Below are positions 24,984 to 35,830 of a DNA stretch of 64,000 bases, in pieces. The notes under the pieces are model-generated. The model saw nothing but the letters and a program-made list of their open reading frames with translations, made no database searches and was not told the origin of the DNA. The stretch is from Camelus ferus (taxonomy: Eukaryota). The translations under genes were made by a program, and so were the position numbers. Numbering within the stretch: the stretch's first letter is position 1; each line of letters begins with the position of its first letter. Location of the stretch: positions 90,832,001 to 90,896,000 of the forward strand of contig NC_045696.1 of the NCBI RefSeq assembly GCF_009834535.1, given 5' to 3'.

Positions 24984-27093
24984 TTCGATATTTACTGCTT
25001 AGCATCATCCAGTGCTCTGGCTTTGTGGTGGGACAATCTTTTGGTGCCAGCAAAGTGTTAGGCAAAGGCTTTTTCTAAATGGTGGAGTGTCCTGTACCAA
25101 TTCAAAGGAGTTCAACAATAAAATTAATTTGGTGCTTGGTGCCTGCAGTAACTGGTGTGCTGCCATATTTTTCCAATTAAGAAAATATGTGACATGCGTA
25201 GAATCACATATTTAAGCAAGCAATTAAGTTGTTTATAATACGGCCTGTTCCTGTTTAGGCCAGTAAGTGGAAATTTGGGGGCGAAATAGAGATTATATTA
25301 AGTCTATTAATCAACTGGAAATGTGGACATCTTTCTCTTTGAAGCCCCCAAAGTTTGAGAGGCTTCCACTATGGATGGCATGAAATAAAAACAAAGCCTT
25401 CTCACTCATTTGGTGGAATCTGAAGGGTGTGTTTTGATATTTAAATTTCATTACAATATCAGTGGAAATATTTTCCTATTAACTTGGCTTGAGTTTGTGT
25501 TATAGTGTTTATCCACTTCCTAGAGGAAGGACAAATGTCCACAAAACGAAGTCTGAGAAGTAGAAATACAGGCAACACTTAAAATCACCGTATCTAGAAT
25601 GCCAGGCTGGGCTGACATCTAGAGGTTCTTCTTACCCCAGAACGGGTACCAGCTACTCATAAATTTGGAAAGTGATGGCATAACTGTCAGGTTGTCCAGT
25701 GCAGCCTCCCCTGCCTGAGTCCACAGCTCGAGGCCCTGGGTACACCAGTGTGCCGGACCACGAAGTTAAGGTCTGAATCCTGGGCGTGCGAAGTCCTAGG
25801 ATTGCTGATTTCCAAGCTAAGGGGGAATATTTCTCTGCAGGCCAGCTCTTCCGGAGATTATTTTTAACACCCATGCTGATTGGGATTCTGGGCTGGGAAG
25901 AACAGCAGAGCCGCCTCGATTATCCACATTCAGTGTTGGCACCTTAAAAACCCAAGACTCCAACTCAGGCTCAGAGACTGAAGGTTCCAGAGGGCAGCTT
26001 ATGTTGATACCGATTACCCTGATCACAACCCCTTGGCCCATGTATATAAATACAGCCACATTCCTCTGGTGTCTCTGTACGCTCACAGTCATGGAGCTCT
26101 TGTTTTGAAACGGAGGAAGGACAGGAAAGTGGCAACGGATGTGTGCAAACCCGAAGAAGAAAAGTGCATATTTTATTGAACATCGGAGCTGCTGGTTGCA
26201 TGAAAAACCTTTGGGCAACCAATAGAAACCGAGGATCGCGAATATTCTGCTTGAACCTGTTGATCTCTGTGGGTTTAAGCGTTTAGGGTCGAGTCTACCT
26301 TTCCAATGGGGAGGGAGAAGGAGCGAACAGAGGTAGTGGTCTGTTTCGCAGGCCACCGGAGGCTGGTTTTCCACCTCTGGCCTTGTGGCCCGGTGTGGGC
26401 GGTGAGCCCTCTAGGCCGCCAGCATGGCGTGGGCGCCTCTGCTTAGGCTACCGGGACGCAGAGGGTCAGGGACTGCCTGGTTGCCTGTGGGCTGTGGTGG
26501 GGTTTGGCCCGAGCCCTGGGTCAGCACAGAGCTCCGGGGATTTGGCTCCCAGAGCCACGCAGCACCCGGGTCTTGTCCTCCTGCTTTGACCCTTCGGCCC
26601 AATTTTTCCCAAATTAGACCAGCAAGTTTGAAGAGACAAGAGAGCTGGCGGTGGTGGCCGGAGCTGGCCTGAGAACGGCCCAGCACTCTAGGAATAGCCA
26701 GTGTGAGAGGCCAGTCTCTGGCTTCGCAGCGCGCTTCTGCCGGGGTTGCGTTCTGCAACCCGCAGTGTGCGGCGCTTTTGATTTCTGTGCGTGCGTGGGA
26801 GAGAGTGAATGCAAGAGAGGGTGAGGGAAATTGATTTGGTGATGGAGGGGGAGGGCAGGGGACAATGGGCTGGATAGTGAGGAGGTGAGCTGGGGCCACA
26901 GTTGCGGAAAGGATGAGTGAGTGAATGCCCACCTTGCCCGCGGGAGGCCACCCAGAGTTGATCTTGTCGCATCTCCAGGATCCTCTTCCTCGCAGCGGGT
27001 TGAGGAACTGGACAGAACTCCGGGAGGGGGCAGGATCTGCCACCCTTCTGGAAACAAATCTGGTAATAGGATTTGCTGTGTTGGTTTTTGTCC

Positions 27094-27094
<1 letters not shown>

Positions 27095-27140
<46 letters not shown>
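27095..27140 (+). repeat. (TG)23 microsatellite upstream of SHOX2 exon 2
   Basis: 46-bp perfect dinucleotide run followed by CGCGTG. Confidence 0.95.
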
Positions 27141-27144
<4 letters not shown>

Positions 27145-27183
27145 TGGACATACGTGTGGCCTTGTTCGTGGTGCCCACTCCAG

Positions 27184-27392
27184 TATCCCCGGAGCTGAAG
27201 GATCGCAAAGAAGATGCGAAAGGGATGGAGGACGAAGGCCAGACCAAAATCAAGCAGAGGCGAAGTCGCACCAATTTCACCTTGGAACAACTCAATGAGC
27301 TGGAGAGGCTTTTTGACGAGACCCACTACCCGGACGCTTTCATGCGCGAAGAACTGAGCCAAAGACTGGGGCTGTCCGAAGCCCGAGTGCAG
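27184..27392 (+). CDS. SHOX2: SHOX2 exon 2 (209 nt; homeodomain helices 1-2 and start of helix 3)
   Basis: ctccag|TATCC acceptor; [49 protein letters not shown]|gtacc donor. Confidence 0.98.
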
Positions 27393-29768
27393 GTACCCGG
27401 CTGTGAGGAGGTCGAGGCTGGGCCCAGGGAGCAGAGGGGCATGACTGGGGTTGGAGAGTCCCTTGGCAGACACACGACGAGGGTGCGGGTTCAAGTGTCT
27501 GGAGTGAGGTGAAAAGGGAAGAGAGGTTTTATTTTCCAAAGTAGATCTCAGTCTTAAAGCCCCCCCCCCCCATCCCAACATATGTTCCCAGCAGAAGAAA
27601 GCTGTGCTGGGCTTGCTCCCAGAGTTTCTATAAACCACACCCCCCTCGCCTCACGATCCCTTTAATGTGGTTTAATCCTAATGGGCCTATTTTTATAAGC
27701 CTTAAAAAAATCCCACAGAAAACGTTTTATCTTCTGGATGCCTTAAAAGTAACAACGAATATTTTGTTTGCCTGAATTGGGTTTCCTTGAGGCCCCCCTG
27801 CTCTGGGATCTAGGTTTGCCAAGCGGATATGCCAATTAGGTTTATAGACATACAGACTATAAAGAAAATTAGCAACTGTTAAGTGCAGAAATTTACAGTC
27901 TGCCATTAGCGGTCGATCTCAAACTGTGTGTTAAATAGTGGAGAAGTAAATGCGTTTTGGTCACTCTTTGTTTCCTCACTTAACCGGGAAAGAGAGCCTG
28001 AACCTACAGAAACTTGATTTTAAAACAGTTCACATACCTTAATATTGACATTTCTAAAGTCTGACCCCCAGAAAGTACCAAACTCAATGAAGTTAGTATT
28101 ACAGCAGATTTTCTTTACTGGTTATGGAGGTGAAAGTAACAACAAAACTAGGCTTCAAAGCATTTAAGGTAAAAAATTATATACATACACGCATATATAT
28201 CCTTTTAGTTTTATGGAAAACGAACTTAAATGTTTCAGATTGTATTTCCGCTCAAATAATAAAATAGGAGAAAATGATGGTCATTATTTGTTTGAACACA
28301 TGGAGCAGTTTTAGGCCTGAACATCTGCAGCTGTTACAAAGTATCACTGTAACAGATACTCCCTAGGTCTCTGGGCGCAGAGACCACCATCTGTAGTGAA
28401 CTATGCAATTCTTATGGGGCTTCCCTGCATCTTGTAATAGGATCAGGACAAAAACAGAACCATTTCGTTGAAGGGGAAAAGTAATAATAGGCTGCCCTGG
28501 TCATCACAGCATCAACAGCAGAGCCTTCCTTTTTAAACCTCTCCTGCTTTGCTCTGTGTACTGAGATCTCTAGAGGCTCAGCAACCCCTTAAAGACATGA
28601 TGATAATTATTACAGTTGTGAGCATTAGTATCTCAGTTCCAACTCTTCTAGGGCAAAAAAGAGGCAAGAAGCCTCAGGCCATGTGAGGTACACAAAGGAT
28701 GCCACCCTGGCATGAAATCTACCCTTCTTTTACACTAAATGGCAGGGGAATTTTTGAAGATTTACATCGACTATGACTCTTGCTTTCAAAAACAAGAAAA
28801 AGCTCTGAAGCAATATTTTACTTTCATGTTTTTTTAACATTAATTTGTGAATCAGTCAATATGCTGTATTATTGGAACAATGCTGTATTATTGGAGTATA
28901 AAAGCAAGCTTTATTTGAATTTTTTTTTAAATCTGCCATACTGCCTCTAAAAGTTGGCAAGTTTATCTAAGAAGGTAATATCTGGGAGAAGATAGTATCC
29001 AGTTACTTGATTCAGACCCCAATCCCATTTCACAGAATGCTCTTCTTTTCTCATAGTAAGTGAACTTTATTGCTGGTATTTATTTTTTCATACTTTTGTT
29101 TAAATTTTGATCTATTTTCTGGACAATTCTCTACTACCCTAACTGCAAGCAGTGGCTTCCTCTATAGAAGCAAATTAGATTATCATGATAATGGCACAAT
29201 TATTCTGCTACCGTGTTACACTCTGCTGCACAGAGGAACAGAGAAATTCTAAACTTCTTTGTAGTGATGGTTTTTTGACACTAATTACCTCTTCCCCTAC
29301 TCTTATCCCCTCAACCCCCAGGAAAAAAAAACAACAACAAAACCAGAGTCACTATTTGCTTTGGTGTATGGTTTTTCTTGAAGATGAAGTTAATTAATAT
29401 TACAGGCTATTAATGAGCACATTCTTCTCAGGTTTTCTGGGCAAACATTTAAACCCATTATCACTTTGTATCAGGTATCAGGGAAAGTTTTAGGCCTTGG
29501 GGATTCTGTAATTGTGGAAACATAAAACCAGGACTATAGTAATTTATCAAGAAACAAATTTATCTTGCAAAAGTCTGTGAAATCTGTCTATTTTTGTTAT
29601 TCATTTACATTTTGTCTTCAGAAATTGAGACTGTTCTATATAATTCAAAAATTGCTTGTATATCTCTTAATCCTTGCCTAAAACACTGCTTTTTTTCCAT
29701 AGTACTCTTGTAAATTAAAAAAAAATGAGTCATAACATCTAGGTTTTATTTTTCCCTCCAATTTGTAG

Positions 29769-29826
29769 GTTTGGTTTCAAAATCGAAGAGCTAAATGTAG
29801 AAAACAAGAAAATCAACTTCATAAAG
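29769..29826 (+). CDS. SHOX2: SHOX2 exon 3 (58 nt; recognition helix, Q50)
   Basis: ttgtag|GTTTGGTTTCAAAATCGAAGA = VWFQNRRAKCRKQENQLHK; AAG|gtatg donor; too short for the ORF track. Confidence 0.97.
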
Positions 29827-30138
29827 GTATGTTTCTCAAAGAACATTTTATACCCTAAGTAGAGAGAGTATTAGAGAATATTGTTATTATGAAGACAGAA
29901 AAAAACCTTCTCAAAGATAACTATAGTCCTTATTTAAAAATCTGCTCTGAAAGCAGTTAATGAGAGTCCTAAAGTTTGGGAGTAAATTATATTGATTTTA
30001 ATTATGGCAGCAGTTTAGAGAGATAATAGTCCAATTCCAAAGAAATTAGCTCTATCTTGGTACCATTTGGAAACTTGGGAAACAGTGTTAGAAATGTTAA
30101 CCTCATTTCATTGTGTTTTGTTCCCTCATTTTTAACAG

Positions 30139-30227
30139 GCGTCCTCATAGGGGCTGCCAGTCAATTTGAAGCTTGTAGAGTAGCACCCTACGTCAATGTA
30201 GGTGCTTTAAGGATGCCATTTCAGCAG
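30139..30227 (+). CDS. SHOX2: SHOX2 exon 4 (89 nt)
   Basis: taacag|[35 protein letters not shown]; donor CAG|gcaagt (GC type). Confidence 0.96.
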
Positions 30228-31162
30228 GCAAGTACAGCCCAGTTTCAACCTGTTTTTAACCGTAAAAAGACTTGGATGTTTGCTTGAACTGTTGAACATC
30301 TCCTCTCTCTGTGCCCCAATGTGGGTATCTGTACAGTTGAATAATCAATTTTCAGATGACTTAGTGCACCCTCTCCCTTTTAAAAACCTATAGTGTCAGG
30401 GGCCTACATGCCTAGTCCTTTCTGTCCTCATGGGAAACCCAAAGAAGCCTGAGGGCAGCAACCAGTCCTTTAAAAATGCACCAAAGGTTGCACTTGGGGA
30501 GAGGAAGGAAAAGCCTTTTGATTAAGATTTTGTCAGATGCAATACAGAGGTTAGTCCTAAAGTGCTTCTAAGGCAACTCTCTAAATATTTTTCTGGGTAT
30601 TTTCTACCTCTTAGTCATATTAAATGTCTCTGACAAAAGATGAATGAATGAATGAATAAAACAAACTTCTAACTCAGACCTGAATTTTTGATTTTTTAAT
30701 GCTGCAAACAAAGCTTCATCTCTAGTAGAGAGAGAAGCGTCAGTCTTCAGGGAAGCCCTGCCTCTGCAATCTCTTTCTTAGCCATAAAGAACCTTTAAGA
30801 CTACATTGTAAAAGAATGGCCTGCAGCAATGATTTAATCCTGGGAAATCCCAGTGCTCTGAACTCCGCATTCTCCAAGCCTAAGGGCGTAATCCTTCCCC
30901 AACCAGTGCCTGACCTTCCCCAACCAGTGTCTGACCCTACCCAATCTCATTGAGGACCCCTGCTCAGGAGAACTGTGAAATCATGAATTAGCTCTCAGTT
31001 GCCAGCGTCCTGGTCTGGGGAGACACCTGGGTGCGCCCATGTATTGAGGGTTAGTGTTAGGGAGATCTTAGCTCTCTTGGCACCACAGGATCCTGGTATC
31101 CTGATGCTAGGCTTTTGAAGCAAGAGAGAATGACTGGAGAGAGAGGGGATCTTAAAAGGAGA

Positions 31163-31330
31163 GCCTTACTAGTCAGAAGGTGATCTGCAAGTCTGCAGCA
31201 TCAGCACCACCTGGGAGATTGTTAGAAATGCAGGATCTCTGGCCCTAACCTAGACCTTCTGAATCAGAACCCTGCATTTTAAGAAGATTCCAAAGTAATT
31301 TTAATAGCAGTAAAAGTTAAAAATACTAAC
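31163..31330. mobile_element. MER5A hAT DNA transposon in SHOX2 intron 4
   Basis: CAGCATCAGCACCACCTGGGAGATTGTTAGAAATGCAG...TGAATCAGAACCCTGCATTTTAAGAAGATTCC. Confidence 0.8.
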
Positions 31331-31793
31331 AGTTGCGCCACTTCTGAGAAGATGCACCAGCTCCTCTAAGTAACATTTTAAAAGTTTTGTATTTTGCTTA
31401 TTGATATTTCAGTGCTTTAGTAGTGGGGTATGAAGTATATGACAGCATCAAGAGAGAAGGGTAAGGGCCCTAACCCTGCCTGTCCAATATACCATTGTTA
31501 TTTTAAGGAGACCGATGTTTTAGCACAATAGCAGTGTCGCCCTCTGAAGGGCCCAGCTCCCGAGGGGGCGGCCACATTTCTGCAGATGAGAGTCCCTGGG
31601 GCCCAGAGGGGGATAACCCGAGCTGAGCTAGTTTCAGAGACTCAGGGGCACCTGAGTATCCCTCTGGCGCTCCAGATTCAGTAACAGACTGAGAAGGTCA
31701 GCCAAACGCCCCTTTCCCGACCCCTGCACCAGCCTTCCCCGGAGCCAAGCTGGACGCTTTTAATGCTCTGTTTCTATTCTGTTGTCACCCTAG

Positions 31794-32087
31794 GATAGTC
31801 ATTGCAACGTGACGCCCTTGTCCTTTCAGGTTCAGGCGCAGCTGCAGCTGGACAGCGCCGTGGCGCACGCGCACCACCACCTGCACCCACACCTGGCCGC
31901 GCACGCGCCGTACATGATGTTCCCGGCGCCGCCCTTCGGACTGCCGCTCGCCACGCTGGCCGCGGACTCGGCCTCTGCCGCCTCGGTTGTGGCTGCTGCT
32001 GCCGCCGCCAAGACCACCAGCAAGAACTCCAGCATCGCGGATCTCAGACTGAAAGCCAAAAAGCACGCGGCTGCCCTGGGTCTGTGA
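31794..32087 (+). CDS. SHOX2: SHOX2 last exon, coding part (OAR domain); alternative acceptor at 31830
   Basis: ccctag|GATAGTCAT ([12 protein letters not shown]) then [21 protein letters not shown]...[22 protein letters not shown]; total CDS 343+209+58+89+294=993 nt. Confidence 0.97.
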
Positions 32088-34010
32088 CGCCAACGCCAGC
32101 GCCAACGTCACGCCTGCAGCTTGGCCCGCAGCCTGCACGCCCTCCGAGCCCCGCTGCTTCTCCATTACCTGCTCCAGACTTCCGGAGCCGAACCTCTTTT
32201 CGCCCCGCTGATCTCCCCTTGCCCCCTTCCGCATCCTGGACTCGGAAGGCGGGACCAGGGATCCCACAAGGCGCACCAGTTCCGTGGCTCCTAACCTACC
32301 CAAGGGCCTAGAAATCGGCATTGTAGGGGCAGGTTTGGGGAAGTCTGGAGAGACACTGGACAAGAGAGTGCTGGGACAGTCGAGTGTGGCTCACGGCAAA
32401 ACTGCACGATGGACTCTTGCGTAGAAATAAAAATCCTGTTGTTACAAAATGAGGAGGAAAAAAAGTAGAAAAGACGAGCCAGAGAGAAAAAGAGAAAGGA
32501 AACTTATTTCTTATTGCTATTCGGCAGAAGCTGAAATCGGAGAGAGAACCAAGGAACAAAAAAAGAAGTTAAAGTATTTTGTACATTAAAAAATATGGAA
32601 AAATAACGTGGACTAATCTCGAGAGAATGGGAGGGAGTTACCAACTTAAAATGTACGTTTTTCTTTTTTAAATATGGGCTAAGAAGGCAAAACAGAGGAA
32701 GAGGTATACTTATTTAAAGAATTAAGATGGAAAAAAGTACGCAGCTGGAAAGTTCACAGGTTTTGAAACTGACCTTTTTCTGCGAAGTTCACTTTAATAC
32801 AAGAAATTTGATAAGAGAGGCGGGCCTCCTTTTACGTTGAATCAGATGCTTTGAGTTAAAAACCACCACGTATGGAAGAGTAAGAAGAGGGAAGACAGTA
32901 TAAAAACAAGGAGAGGAAAAATGATGTTAGTACAAAAAATAATCACAGACAATGATTCTCTGAGAAATTATTATGGGAGAACTGTCCAGATTGCTGACAG
33001 TAAATTCTGGTTTGCATGTTACTTGTATTCCATTGATGGTGTCTCCCCCCTCCCTGCTTTACTGACATGCACTTAGCTCCATTTTCATCTTCAGTACGAA
33101 AAACAATACCTAAAGCGTCTGGAAATTGATATATATTTCTATCTATGTATTTTTTTTGCCCCATCTTTGATCCTGGGGGACAAAAGAAAAAAGCATTAAG
33201 AGAAAAAAATTACACTCTGATTGTCCCAAGAAAAGGGAGGCAGGTAGAAAATGTGGGGAAAGGAAAAAGAAAACAATGAAATAATGAACGTACAGCGCCT
33301 CACGTAGTGCCTGATACATACTAGGCGCTCAGTGTTAGTCCCTTCCCCTCCCCCTTTTCTTGTATTCCCTCTTGCTGATTTCCTGAAGTCCTCTTTGAGG
33401 ACCGTGCTTTATTTCCCCCTCTCTACCCCATCACACTCACGTTAAACAACACCCAGCTAGATACAGGCACTAGGCTTGTGTAAAATATGTTGATACACAC
33501 GAACAAAGTTTATTTTGGCTATAATGTGTGAACTGATGGTTGACTTTCAACATTTTCATTTTATCTCACAAAGGTGTATATTCAAGTAATTTTTTTTGTT
33601 TGTCTCAATGTAGCTATTTAAACTGGGGTACCCTGGATTAAGCACTCTATCCCAATTATCTAAAAAGCCTCCTTAGTTTTTTTTTTTTTTAACTCCTAAT
33701 TTACAAGAAAGAGGAAAAGCTCCTTTAACTGAACTTTGGTATGCGGTTGAGCTTTGTAACTATTTGTTCTCCATGAAAACAAAATAATTTATATTTGCCA
33801 TATTTTTTCTAGTGTATTAAGTTATTTTAAACAAAAGAAGATGCTGTTATTTCATGACGTGTCGGTACAAAATGTTTCCGTTTCACCTCTGTTAAACCTT
33901 TTAAATAAGTGCCAAGTTATTAATTGAAGACACTTTGCGATCAATTGAATGAAAATAGTATTGTTTCATTTGATGGAGTTCGCGTCATCTTTGTTCCTGT
34001 TACTATTAAA
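32088..34010 (+). other. SHOX2: SHOX2 3' UTR (end approximate)
   Basis: Follows the stop codon; AATAAA 32426-32431, AATGAA about 33948, ATTAAA 34005-34010, AATAAA 34209-34214; U-rich blocks. Confidence 0.65.
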
Positions 34011-34329
34011 CTATCCGGGATAGTCTTTCCTTCTTCCTTTTTGATGAATGTGTAACTCTCGAATATACTAACTTGGTAAAGTGCTTGCCTCTGCTCCTAC
34101 GTGTCGCAATCAAGGGGCCCTGAGAATGGTGACTCTGAGTGAAACTCCCTCCCCCCCACCCCGTTTTATCCACCTGGCACAGAAACCGGATTGATTTTAT
34201 GCCAAATCAATAAAGGAACCGATAATACGTAAAATAAGGTAGAATAGAATAACCCCCTTTCCAAAGACGGACTCTCCTTCATTTTGCTGCACTTTCACCC
34301 CTAAAATTCATCTGGGGAACATTTGGGGG

Positions 34330-35830
34330 AAGAAGGAAAGCGGGATCACGCGCTGCGAAATCCACCTGGGTTAACTGCAGCATAGTAGACACTAGCTCCC
34401 AGGTCGCCGACCCTCTCCAGAGTCCGGCAGGGCCGTGACGTTTTGGGAATAGGTTGAGAGATGCGAAGCGGGGCGGGGGCGCTGGGGAGGGCGGATACCC
34501 CACCTCCCACTTCAGTTTAGTGCTTCGGTCCAAATAGCTTCTTCGTTAGTTAAGTTTAGGAAAAAGTAGAAGCCAGGACCGTGTTTAAGAAAAGCCGGGT
34601 CTTACCCGTCTGCTGGACACGGAGGATTCCCTCCCTCCCCCCTCCCGTCCCCTCTCCCATAAGAAATACTACCTAGTGAAGCCAGAAAGCGCTGCCTGTT
34701 TGGGGGTGGGTAGAGACCGTGAAGACCCGGGACAAGACCTTCCCTTCCCTTTCTTCTCGGCCCCTTGGGATGGGGGACACCCTCCACCAAGATCGAGAGT
34801 GTCCCAAGTGTCCCCTGGGGCCCCCTTTGGGCCGGAGTACGCGTAGAGGAGACCCTCCCTGCAAAAAAAGCCACGCGTCCTCGGGCAGTGCTCCCGCCGC
34901 CCCCACCCGGCCCTCTCCCGGGTTGAGCTCGCACTTGAAGCTGTTCCTCCGCGTAGACGTGGGTGATACGTTTATATTTATCTTTTAGCCTTCAAAGACC
35001 ACCGAACAGGACTTGGGCCGTATTCAGCGCTCAGGCCTTGCGGGTCTTCTACTTGTCAAGCGTTCCTAGTTTTCATAATAAACATCTGCTTAGGGGCGGG
35101 GTGTACTTTGAAGCGGCCGCACCGCGCCGCCCGCCTCGGCCCAATGGCCTCCGGCAAGCTCCTGCCGGCTCCTGGGTCCGAACCGGCAGGCTCCAAGCGC
35201 CAACCCCAATCCAGACCTCGACGCTGATTCGGACGTTTCCCTGGGCACCCCCAGGGAGGTTGGAGGTCACGGGAGAACTTGGGACCCGGAGTTGGCGGTT
35301 CCGTCCGTGGCGCAGCGGTGGGCGCGGCCGACGCGGAGCCCAGCCTGTCCCGGCATCTGAGCTCTGGGGGAGCCCGAGGTCAAAGGAGGCGGTGCGTCCG
35401 GACCCAGGCCGGCCGGGCGCCCGGTACCCGGGTAGCGGCGCGGCAGCGCGGCCTACGTCGGCTGGAACGTTCCCGGCCGCCGGAGCCGGGAGGGCTGGGC
35501 GCGGAGACCCGCGAGGGTCGGGTCCTGGCAGCAGCGCGGATGGCTGAGGAGCCCGCGGAGGCAGCGCGGCCGGGCGAGAAAGGACAAAGTTTCTCGGGCC
35601 CGTCGGCTATACGTGAGCGTGACGCGCGGGCCTGTGGGTCCGGCGTCAGGGGCGCCCGCGGCGTCCTCGCCTCCTTCCGCGTCCGCTCTCCCGAGACTCA
35701 GCGAGGGCTGAGGCCGCCTTTCGTGGACCGTCGGGGCCGGTCCCTTGGGTCCAGCCTCCTACACACGGTCGCGCAGAGACGCTTTCCTGGAGCGCCACGA
35801 CCCAAACTCTCGGGCAGGCGCCTTTATGTG
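34330..35830. promoter_or_regulatory. Orphan CpG island downstream of SHOX2
   Basis: Very CpG-dense; GC box GGGGCGGGG 35093-35101; CCAAT 35141-35145; no credible coding exon. Confidence 0.75.

Noticed and set aside
26411..27638. Long minus-strand ORFs (294 and 316 aa) and the extended 195-aa plus-strand ORF
   Set aside because: They run through the (TG)n microsatellite and CpG island; only 27184-27392 has splice sites and homeodomain identity
31785..32363. Alternative-frame and antisense ORFs over the last SHOX2 exon
   Set aside because: Explained by high GC codon usage
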